Shown here piece by piece: positions 57,101-64,000 of a stretch of DNA of 64,000 nucleotides (positions within the stretch are counted from its first letter, which is position 1; the number at the start of each line of letters is the position of its first letter). The notes beneath the pieces are model-generated. The model was not told the DNA's origin and did no database searches. It was given only the letters and a program-made list of their open reading frames with translations. The stretch covers positions 5,292 through 69,291 of the IMG/VR virus record IMGVR_UViG_3300020401_000001. One strand, written 5' to 3'. The position numbers and the translations under genes are program-made. This stretch comes from a virus.

Positions 57101-59643
57101 CAATGGACCAAGGTATAAGTATTGTAGAAGCAAAAAAGCTTGTTGATGATTATATAGCTCAAGCGTTTGATGCACCTGATAGAGGTACATACATTGCTTC
57201 TTTGGCTGACGGTAAAATATCATCACCCTTTTTAAAGAAAAGAAATAAAAATTTATCTGAAGCATTTAAAAATTACTTAGGAGAGATAAAAGACCCTTTA
57301 TATAATTATGTAAACACGTTAGAAAAAGTTTCTTCTTACATAGCTGCTGTAGAATATCAACAGAATCTTTCAAATAGTCTTTTACGTATGGGTCTAGCTA
57401 CTAAAGAGGGAGGTCCAGGTAAAAAACGACTAGAGTCTGGACAACAGTCTTTTAATATATTAAGTAAACTATACGTTCCTGACGATGTATATGAAGCATA
57501 TCAAGACATACAAAGATTAGCACCAATACAAAATGACTTTTTAAAATACATTGTAACGGCACAAGGAAGTGTTAAATATGGTAAAACTATATTGTCTCCT
57601 ATGACTACTGCCAGAAACTTTATATCTGGAGCTTTAATTACAATGTTAAATGGAGAAAATATTTTAAACCCAGGGAATTGGCAAAACGCATCTAAATCTA
57701 TGAGATTAGCGTGGGATACAAAAAAATCTCCGAAAGAAATAAAAGCTGAGGTTCAACAACTTATTGAACTAGGCGTTATGAAGGATGGTGGTCGTGCTCA
57801 AGAGATTATGGAAATAATCAATGACATATATGCGCTAGAAGGTTTAAGAAGAAAGTCAGGAACCTTAGGAAAAAATGTAGACAAATTCAACAACCTTGTC
57901 ACAAAAGTTTATCAATTTGGTGATGACTATTACAAAACATTTGCTTTTTATCAAAAAAGAGATGCTTTTGTTGAGACTGGAATGTCTGTAGAGGAAGCAA
58001 CTCAAAAAGCCGCAGACAGAGTTAGAAACGGACAACCAACATATTCGCAACTACCTAGAACAATTAGACAGCTAAGAAGGTTTCCTCTTACAGGTACTTT
58101 TGTTTCTTTCCCATATCTTATAACTCAAGCACATTATAATAATTTAAAATTTATTGCAGAAGATTTTAAGGAAGGTAGAAACAAAATGGCTCTCAAGCAC
58201 GCTTTGAATTATAGCATGGCAATAGCAATTCCCTACGGTATTTCTATGGGCTCAAGAGCGATGTTTGACATTACTGACGATGAGGACAACGCATTGAAAG
58301 ATATGATGCCTGAGTATTATAGGGATGCTTCTTTTGTTTATACAGGGAAAGACCCTGAGTCAGGAGAGTTACAATACTTTGACATAAACACTATAGCACC
58401 AAGCGCTCAGATAAAAAAAGGACTAGATATATTAATGAAAGATAGGAATGGCAGAAACCTTCCTGATAAAATAAAACTAGCGGCTTGGGAACAGCTAGAA
58501 CCATATCTTTCTTTAGACTTAACAGCTAACACTGGTATAGCAATAGTGACAGGTGTTGACCCCACAACAGGAAATGTTTTAAGTGATGATATATTCGAAA
58601 GAGTAAAGTGGGGTGTAAACAACATTTCTCCTGGAGCTATTAGAAATGCTGCAAACATAGCTCGTTCACAGGGTTGGTTTGGGTTAGATGAAATAAACCC
58701 TTATACTGGTAGAAGGTATACTGTAGAAGATGAGCTTTTAGCGCTTCTTGGATTTAGAGTTCAAACTACTAGCTGGGATTTACAATTAAAAAATTACGCA
58801 AGGAAAAACAGTATACAATCTTCTGATGCTGTAAAACAGAAAATAAAAAATGTAAAAGGTCAACAATCTAAATCACTTGTAGAAGTAGAGGGTATTGTTA
58901 CAGACTACAGAGAGGACATGTTAGAGTTTTCGGAAAACCTATTATATCAAATAGACGCAGCAAGAAAACAAGGCATGGAAGAGGGAGAGATAGTAAATGC
59001 ACTCTCAGGTGGAGGTTTTAATAGTAGAAACGTAAACGCATTGATGAAAGGAGAAATGCTAGAACTACAAGGTATATCTAAAACACAATACGATAGAGAA
59101 ATAGAAATGCTAAAAGATAGACCTGATTTAGCTGCTAACATGGCTAAAAACCTAGACATGTATAACTTCTTTGTTAATGAAAAGAATTATGATTCTAGGG
59201 TAAGAAAAGACTTGTATAGAATGATGAGAGAAAATGCTTCAGATGAAGATGTTTTAGAGTTAATTAAAAAGTCTAGCATAGATATTTACAAAAGAACACT
59301 TCAAAGTCCAGTTAGCAAAGACTTAAAATATAATCAGGAAGATGTAAGAAAAGCAGAGGTTAAATCTTTTATGAGATACAAAGACATATATCAAGGCTAC
59401 AAAGCTTTACATGACAACCCTAATTATCAAGGGACTGCTCTAGATAGTAAATCTGTTGTTGACATGCTATATGAGACTGACCCTGAAATGAAGTCATTGC
59501 TTCTTTATAAGTATTTAGATGGCAACCACGACAACAACTCTATAAACAGACTTAATAATCTACACTCTTCTATAACTGGCAAGAACATACCAAAGTCTGT
59601 TTTAGAAATGTTACAGTACAGAATACTTTATTATGGTAAATAA
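54139..59643 (+). CDS. large internal virion/ejection protein
   Basis: 1834 aa with Ala/Gly-rich hydrophobic segments and coiled coils; last plus-strand gene. Confidence 0.6.
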   Translation: MDKEVLEDLYKRAVSKGYTKTLEDFTLLINSDEEVLLDNYNYVKEKGYAKPIEDFQALLTEKKNPEVSSIKPTENIPIAFSESNFSLENTKLSSDLFEPEKADEYRQFFKYNGFGVPTIGVEKDTDGQYLKGGFGDFINQLPFGEFIDDQARAWASGKEDADAAEAAAELMNEIGTFSKGNPTVEQANIMLKEMFESQTTPMSDEMKQFQKDLQENGNDAYAAVKAAANNPSAATEYVMRSMRSMFNDDAIATGLATLGTNTALGFAAGGPYGALGGFMRGIPAAMTAMGAQTDMALSFGEFFLEELGDGFTRQDVANLLQDPEKLQKVQNRALARGVSIAAVNAFTAGLGIRIASNVFRAGRKGLRAGLESFAKVTPLDMAGGSLGEFAAQATSGQEFNTAEMALEGLLDPMSSIATTVGGTVIDAGSAPSYKINGGKTTKADFIRRLGAMSDEQLEQANFTVNNDDETWRQVDDRLKDIQFGREIKEIYGDIDDEQTRRLTDLEKEKRTLEKKKSTTAQKRLADVNQEIDEVLEIYKTKREAIGILSAPYYDRNVTSVEDAQKKRKTKEYKQYKTKAKKLAETMGLTVSAMNDGIGGYFLDDGTYLQELSSEVYLEGATYEQAIEYASVLGAITPETQESTIAGMIVGEGEGDASKFNFIIEDNNNLESVRTALDELGIEYSMNTDTGEIGIIDFADGNNVELNEKIGIFVQVLNENNINHEQRLERIRSKYIGAEDRAGNLQNIKENSSKFGKSGESVRYIAEQAEKRNKKYLDEKKKAPKTVQEESKEPVVVKPLPENSERLQPVDRVKKIAKTIRRAFRRTFLRDAGLPKNIGDAIRAYRRKGTAIQNYLSDQQVVFLDMYDAATKSMTKKQERQFGAYVNEALAGNVVDGIFTPEQQNVIESMRLEIDKKTDELVAMLEKYGKNDERTQDLIKTLQDNKGTYIHRTYAAFKDLNYLQEMIGDPALARSAINESYDLLVAETAMDQGISIVEAKKLVDDYIAQAFDAPDRGTYIASLADGKISSPFLKKRNKNLSEAFKNYLGEIKDPLYNYVNTLEKVSSYIAAVEYQQNLSNSLLRMGLATKEGGPGKKRLESGQQSFNILSKLYVPDDVYEAYQDIQRLAPIQNDFLKYIVTAQGSVKYGKTILSPMTTARNFISGALITMLNGENILNPGNWQNASKSMRLAWDTKKSPKEIKAEVQQLIELGVMKDGGRAQEIMEIINDIYALEGLRRKSGTLGKNVDKFNNLVTKVYQFGDDYYKTFAFYQKRDAFVETGMSVEEATQKAADRVRNGQPTYSQLPRTIRQLRRFPLTGTFVSFPYLITQAHYNNLKFIAEDFKEGRNKMALKHALNYSMAIAIPYGISMGSRAMFDITDDEDNALKDMMPEYYRDASFVYTGKDPESGELQYFDINTIAPSAQIKKGLDILMKDRNGRNLPDKIKLAAWEQLEPYLSLDLTANTGIAIVTGVDPTTGNVLSDDIFERVKWGVNNISPGAIRNAANIARSQGWFGLDEINPYTGRRYTVEDELLALLGFRVQTTSWDLQLKNYARKNSIQSSDAVKQKIKNVKGQQSKSLVEVEGIVTDYREDMLEFSENLLYQIDAARKQGMEEGEIVNALSGGGFNSRNVNALMKGEMLELQGISKTQYDREIEMLKDRPDLAANMAKNLDMYNFFVNEKNYDSRVRKDLYRMMRENASDEDVLELIKKSSIDIYKRTLQSPVSKDLKYNQEDVRKAEVKSFMRYKDIYQGYKALHDNPNYQGTALDSKSVVDMLYETDPEMKSLLLYKYLDGNHDNNSINRLNNLHSSITGKNIPKSVLEMLQYRILYYGK

Positions 59644-59673
59644 AAAAAGCGCCTGGGTGTTACGACAGACGCT
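59642..59673 (-). terminator. intrinsic terminator (minus strand)
   Basis: Minus strand AGCGTCTG-N10-CAGGCGCT-TTTTTT; the stem has a U.G pair on minus but a C.A mismatch on plus. Confidence 0.8.
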
Positions 59674-59718
59674 TATTTACACTATAAGTAAAGGTTGAGA
59701 ACCTTTAACAAGTTAATC
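59642..59718 (-). ncRNA. candidate trans-acting small RNA (~77 nt)
   Basis: Own TAGCTTTG element at 59730-59723, an 8-bp hairpin, an unpaired UAUAGUGUAAAUA segment, then the terminator; no ORF. Confidence 0.5.
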
Positions 59719-59727
59719 GGTACAAAG

Positions 59728-60180
59728 CTACAAAATTTCTTTCAATAATTCACCCACCTTTTCACAATCTTTTTGGTTCCGTGGCATAAATAGTTTGGCG
59801 GTAATATCACTATCATTCAAAAACTTTTTGAACAGCTTCCATCTTATTGGAAAAGACTCGTTTGGATTACCCTTACATTCTATAATAAATCGTGGAGGAT
59901 ACTCTTTATCTACAAAATCAGGAGTATATTTTATTGGTAGTATTTTTTTATTACCCCTGTTGTGTAATTGTTTCTTTGCTTTCGTTTTTTCGAACGAATC
60001 GTTGTCAGAATGAAATCCGTCTACAATAACATAAGTCTGACCCTCGTAAGTAAATGGCACTTTTATCTTCTTTAGAATCCTGTACATGTGTAATTCTAAC
60101 TTACTTGCAAACTCTATGTTATCTTCTTTTACTTTTTTTGAGCGGGTAATTTGTCTTTTTGCTCTTCTTCTTCTAGTCAT
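59728..60180 (-). CDS. T7 endonuclease I-like PD-(D/E)xK nuclease/resolvase
   Basis: FASKLE, YE, YTPDF, IIECKG. Confidence 0.75.
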   Translation of the reverse strand: MTRRRRAKRQITRSKKVKEDNIEFASKLELHMYRILKKIKVPFTYEGQTYVIVDGFHSDNDSFEKTKAKKQLHNRGNKKILPIKYTPDFVDKEYPPRFIIECKGNPNESFPIRWKLFKKFLNDSDITAKLFMPRNQKDCEKVGELLKEIL

Positions 60181-60616
60181 CTACATTAATTATCTCAGTC
60201 ACAACAAAGCCCTGAGACACTAATTCTTCTTCTGCTTCCTCTATAGACTTTGAATAAACAACAGTTTCATTTAGAATCTGTTCTTCTTGTTTATTAAAAT
60301 GCATTGTTGTGACATTGTATTTATTTATTCCATTTAAATCGTTCCAGTACATCATTTCTTTTAAGTCTTTCAAAAACCCTGGGTGATTTGCAAAACAATA
60401 TAAGGCTTCTAAATGAGAACACTCTAACTCATCGCTTAAAAATTCTACGGAAGCTGTTGGAAATGTTGTAATTTCAATACCTTGGTTTGAATCTAAGTCT
60501 ATAAAAAAGTAAAGCTTATCCATAGGAACTCTTTTTTTGCGCATCTCTTCCACGTATTCTGATAATACTTGTGCTTCGTAAATGTCAGGGTTCCTATTGA
60601 AAAGTATTCTTCGCAT
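60173..60616 (-). CDS. hypothetical protein
   Basis: ORF 60173..60622; ATG at 60616 lies just after TATATTTG (60627-60620). Confidence 0.65.
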   Translation of the reverse strand: MRRILFNRNPDIYEAQVLSEYVEEMRKKRVPMDKLYFFIDLDSNQGIEITTFPTASVEFLSDELECSHLEALYCFANHPGFLKDLKEMMYWNDLNGINKYNVTTMHFNKQEEQILNETVVYSKSIEEAEEELVSQGFVVTEIINVDD

Positions 60617-60633
60617 ATACAAATATACGAAGA

Positions 60634-61026
60634 CTATAGGCTCTCTTTTAGCTTGGTAATTTCGTATTTGTCGGCAAGTGTCATTAAAAAATCACGAACA
60701 GGAGCTTCATGCTTGTGTATTACAGCATCTCTATAAACATACTTTACGTAACAGTTTTCCATGTCTATAATATCTGTTGTTTCTGTAGTGTGGAAACAGT
60801 AAACAACCCATGCTGGTCCATTTGTTTTTTCCCAACAATCTGCTAATCTTTCGAATAAAAGCTTTTGCCCTATCGGAACTTTCATCCCCTGCTTCTTTAC
60901 TTCGAATATTATAAGATGTTTTTCATTAAATTCTAGTATGGCATCTATATCTGTAGGATGTATCTTACTGTTGCCGATACCTTTGAAGTTTAAAACTTGC
61001 TTGATTCTCTCAGGAAACTTAATCAT
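60634..61026 (-). CDS. PD-(D/E)xK nuclease-like protein
   Basis: PTDID ... IIFEVK ... GQ; start MIKFPER with the TTTACACT-ATG leader. Confidence 0.6.
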   Translation of the reverse strand: MIKFPERIKQVLNFKGIGNSKIHPTDIDAILEFNEKHLIIFEVKKQGMKVPIGQKLLFERLADCWEKTNGPAWVVYCFHTTETTDIIDMENCYVKYVYRDAVIHKHEAPVRDFLMTLADKYEITKLKESL

Positions 61027-61066
61027 AGTGTAAAAATATTGACTAAGATAACAATAAAAATGTTTT

Positions 61067-62230
61067 CTAAGCAAAAATATGTGTTAATCTTGCTATTTGT
61101 CCGTGCTGAGTGTGATGTAAGAAACCTTCTATAGCTCTGACGGCATGTTGATACCCATTTCTGTGATGCCAAGAGTCTGAACCACTGGGTGACCTTAAAC
61201 TTTCTACAGTAACTCCAGGAAAATCTTTTGATGTTTTGTGGTGGACATGATGCGTATAATAATATCTGTGTATTGTTTCAGACCATAGTTTTTTAGCTTC
61301 TTGAGCCATTAGCAATGGTAGGTCCTGTGACTTTGCTCCATCTCCATGCGTTGTACCTATTAAATTGTTGTGATATTTAAAATATTTTCTGTGAGCTATG
61401 CTAACATCAAATGTTATGTTTTTGCATTTAGAAAAACAAGCAAGGATAACTTGAGCTAAAAAGAAACCATTAGTGTAGTCGTGATTGCTAGGATTAAACA
61501 TAAAATGAACGTCAGCTGTCTGCAACAACCTGTCAATCACAGTTATGTACATGTCTCTAGCTTTTAAAAAATTTTCATACCACATACCATCAGTATCTTG
61601 TGGTGTTCCAGATGTAGTTAATCTTTTTGGTGTGTCAATATGAAGAACATCATTCCCAGCTATAAATAATATCTTTTCTATTTTAAAACCTTCTGCTTTT
61701 TTTAATATACCAGCTACTCCTTCATGGACTCTTTTGATAGCAATATCGCTATTGTATTCCTCGCCAGTCTCATAAGCACGTGCAAGTTTTCCGATGTGAA
61801 TATCAGCAGGGTCGACAACAAGAAGATATTTATCGTCTTTAACACGTATGGGCTTACGATTGATTTTATATTTAATAGGATATTTTTTTATTGCATCTAC
61901 GTGGTCTCTAAGCATTTGTTCAAAAGATGGTCCTTCGGCACTTGGTCTGAATTGTATTGACCAGTGTTTGCCTTTATACCACGCTTGTCTTACTGTCGAT
62001 GGGTCTATACCTACCTTTTCTGTTTCTTGGACTAAAGCAGGGTTTTCTTGTTTGATGGCATGCCTGTGTAGATACTGAGAAAACATTCTCCTACCTTTCT
62101 CTATAGTCATATCCATCTCTAAAGCTTCTATGGCTACTTCGGCAATTCTTGTCTTATTGTTTGTAACACCTTTATCCCAAAGGTCCATACATTTATCAAG
62201 AAATATTTGATTTTCAGATTTCCGTTTCAT
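61067..62230 (-). CDS. calcineurin-like metallophosphoesterase
   Basis: DIHIGK, GNDVLH, SNHD, THGD, HHVHH. Confidence 0.85.
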   Translation of the reverse strand: MKRKSENQIFLDKCMDLWDKGVTNNKTRIAEVAIEALEMDMTIEKGRRMFSQYLHRHAIKQENPALVQETEKVGIDPSTVRQAWYKGKHWSIQFRPSAEGPSFEQMLRDHVDAIKKYPIKYKINRKPIRVKDDKYLLVVDPADIHIGKLARAYETGEEYNSDIAIKRVHEGVAGILKKAEGFKIEKILFIAGNDVLHIDTPKRLTTSGTPQDTDGMWYENFLKARDMYITVIDRLLQTADVHFMFNPSNHDYTNGFFLAQVILACFSKCKNITFDVSIAHRKYFKYHNNLIGTTHGDGAKSQDLPLLMAQEAKKLWSETIHRYYYTHHVHHKTSKDFPGVTVESLRSPSGSDSWHHRNGYQHAVRAIEGFLHHTQHGQIARLTHIFA

Positions 62231-62399
62231 CGTCTTCCTTTATTAAGTTTTGGAGGATGTCAACGGCGCCAACTAATCTTCTTACTGAAGATTTTGCCTG
62301 CTGTTTGTCTATGTCAAGTAGAGAGTCGCATGTATCTGCCACATCATCGTGTAGCTCCTCACATACTTTTATTATAAATTTCTCTCTAGGTGTAAACAT
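62214..62399 (-). CDS. hypothetical protein
   Basis: 61 aa, tiles with its neighbours. Confidence 0.55.
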   Translation of the reverse strand: MFTPREKFIIKVCEELHDDVADTCDSLLDIDKQQAKSSVRRLVGAVDILQNLIKEDDETEI

Positions 62400-62401
62400 T
62401 C

Positions 62402-62692
62402 TTAAACATCATCTTGATGTCGAAGAAATACGTTTCCTAAATTAGTGTCAATTTTCTTGATTCCTCTGTAGATAATTCTAGACTTGCTGATTACAGCCTT
62501 TTTGTCTTTTTTTAAATTCGTGCAATCAAGATGCCCGTGTAATGTATGGTCGTAAAATAATAGTTTATCAATTTTGGCTCTATCACTCCACGAAACTCTC
62601 GACAAAACTTTAGAAACTAATTCCTCCAACTGAACCTTTTCAGATTCTAATTCTAAGGCATTCCTCTCTCTTTTGTTTAATTCGTATTTCAT
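62402..62692 (-). CDS. hypothetical protein
   Basis: 96 aa, preceded by TAGATTTG (62721-62714). Confidence 0.65.
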   Translation of the reverse strand: MKYELNKRERNALELESEKVQLEELVSKVLSRVSWSDRAKIDKLLFYDHTLHGHLDCTNLKKDKKAVISKSRIIYRGIKKIDTNLGNVFLRHQDDV

Positions 62693-62728
62693 GGATTTGA
62701 TTAAATTTTTTTACAAATCTAAACTAAG

Positions 62729-62989
62729 TTAAACACTTTTTTTGTATTTATCGTATAGTTTTATGTACAAATCCCACATTTCTTGTTGCATTTCGCATTG
62801 TGTATAGTCTTTTGGAGACACTGTTATGCGGTTTTTTGCTAGTGGATTTTCTATTTCTACATGGAGTTTTTTCTTTTTCCAAACTGGATATGTCTTAATA
62901 CCAAGCCTGTGACACCAAAGCATTTTTTCATAATGTTCAGGTGTTACCCTAACATCACAAGGTTTTATTTTTTTAGGTTTTTTGAACAT
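62729..62989 (-). CDS. hypothetical protein
   Basis: 86 aa; TAATG coupling to the helicase gene. Confidence 0.6.
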   Translation of the reverse strand: MFKKPKKIKPCDVRVTPEHYEKMLWCHRLGIKTYPVWKKKKLHVEIENPLAKNRITVSPKDYTQCEMQQEMWDLYIKLYDKYKKSV

Positions 62990-64000
62990 TAAAACAGGTC
63001 GTCATCATTTTGATGTATTTTTTCTCTGTCTATTCCTGCCCATGGATTATCAGGCTTCATTCTAGGTTCTATGTAATACTTATCACTTATCATACTATTA
63101 GTGTTTGGTTCTACATTAACAGCGTTATATCTACCGCTAGGCAAATCATACCTAAATACTTGTTCCTCCAGGGTCTCCCCTTGGAACTTCATCTTTTGTT
63201 TTAGTGACTTAACAACAACGTCATCTTTTCTATAATCATTATAGTCTCTAAAATATCTATAAACAAGCATTCCATCATGACATATATTTTTAAAGTCAGC
63301 ACTTCCGCTTACACTGTAAAGGTCAGGTTGTTTGTAATATCCTAAATCATCCTTTTGCATTTTAGTTGGATGAGCCACAAGAAATATCATGACATCATAC
63401 TGTTGTGCAAAATTTGTAAGTTTAGTTAGTGTTGTTCTAATTTGAGACAGCTCATTGTTTTTACCACTCATTTCTACTTTATTAAAGGCATCAATCACAA
63501 AAATATCTACACCATAAGAATAAACTTGTTCCTTAAATCTTTCTAACAACCAAGTCCATGTCGGTCTTTCGTTTTCAGGATATGTTATATAAACCTTTTC
63601 TTTGGACCACTTTATGTATGATTCTATGTCTTGTTCTGATACTTTTTCTCTATCAGGATTTGTCATGAAAAAGTTTTTGGCAAACACCTTTTCTATAAAA
63701 GTTGATTGATGTAAAGCCATTGGATGATGTTCAGGAGAATAAAATGAAGCTTTCATATTATAATCCTTAACTAAATTAAGAACGTACCACTCTACAAAAT
63801 TAGATTTACCGTGTGAGGGTATTCCTGTAACTACAGTCAAGTGACCTCGCATAGTTGTAAATGCGTCTTTTAGCCCACCGAAGCTATAACATTTAGGGTA
63901 TATGGTCTTTGGTTTTCCGTGCTTGTGTAAAGTGTAGATGTCATCAGAAATATCATCAGCGGTGAATGTTCCGCTTGCTGGATATTTTTGACTTGATGAT
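62989..64000 (-). CDS. T7 gp4/Twinkle-like primase-helicase, SF4 helicase domain (5' part outside the window)
   Basis: TGIPSHGKS, SPE, FVIDAFN, LVAHPTK, SGSADF; the frame stays open from 63852 to the window edge. Confidence 0.88.
   Translation of the reverse strand, partial: SSSQKYPASGTFTADDISDDIYTLHKHGKPKTIYPKCYSFGGLKDAFTTMRGHLTVVTGIPSHGKSNFVEWYVLNLVKDYNMKASFYSPEHHPMALHQSTFIEKVFAKNFFMTNPDREKVSEQDIESYIKWSKEKVYITYPENERPTWTWLLERFKEQVYSYGVDIFVIDAFNKVEMSGKNNELSQIRTTLTKLTNFAQQYDVMIFLVAHPTKMQKDDLGYYKQPDLYSVSGSADFKNICHDGMLVYRYFRDYNDYRKDDVVVKSLKQKMKFQGETLEEQVFRYDLPSGRYNAVNVEPNTNSMISDKYYIEPRMKPDNPWAGIDREKIHQNDDDLF

Noticed and set aside
52907-59159. Minus-strand ORFs of 60-174 aa opposite the ejection genes
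   Set aside because: They lie fully antisense to long credible genes and show shadow-frame composition (Ser/Phe/Leu-rich).
54139-59643. crAss-type virion RNA polymerase
   Set aside because: No DxDxD/DFDGD catalytic motif recognised in this protein; treated as an ejection protein.
1-64000. tRNA genes, integrase/att sites, stop-codon reassignment
   Set aside because: No cloverleaf or recombinase recognised; core genes are full length under the standard code and end in TAA, TAG or TGA.

Overview
This is a 64-kb stretch of a tailed dsDNA phage genome with podovirus-type architecture. The host is very likely a Bacteroidota (Flavobacteria-like) bacterium, judged from many TAnnTTTG promoter elements and AT-rich, Shine-Dalgarno-poor leaders. 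No integrase, tRNA or CRISPR array was seen. Layout: (1) 1-5.9 kb, minus-strand early genes headed by an ArdC-type polyvalent protein; (2) a divergent non-coding region at about 5.9-6.4 kb; (3) 6.4-16.5 kb, GroEL/GroES, a 2OG oxygenase, many micro-ORFs and lysis genes; (4) 16.5-59.6 kb, virion genes (fibre-like proteins, terminase, portal, scaffold, major capsid, ring proteins, tail stabilisation protein, ejection proteins); (5) 59.7-64 kb, minus-strand DNA metabolism genes ending in a primase-helicase cut by the window edge. The main candidate new system is an ~12-kb cassette at 39.1-51.0 kb that appears to split the tail stabilisation gene. It encodes extensin/mucin-like (Pro-X)n proteins, five of which share an N-terminal module. 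These are followed directly by a prolyl 4-hydroxylase, an O-fucosyltransferase-like/carbamoyltransferase fusion, a Skp1-type hydroxyproline GlcNAc transferase and a GDP-mannose 3,5-epimerase. Together they look like a phage hydroxyproline O-glycosylation pathway packaged with its substrates. A second candidate is a ~77-nt small RNA at 59642-59718 (minus strand) complementary to the start-codon regions of four phage ORFs. All family assignments come from motifs recognised by eye; no database searches were run.
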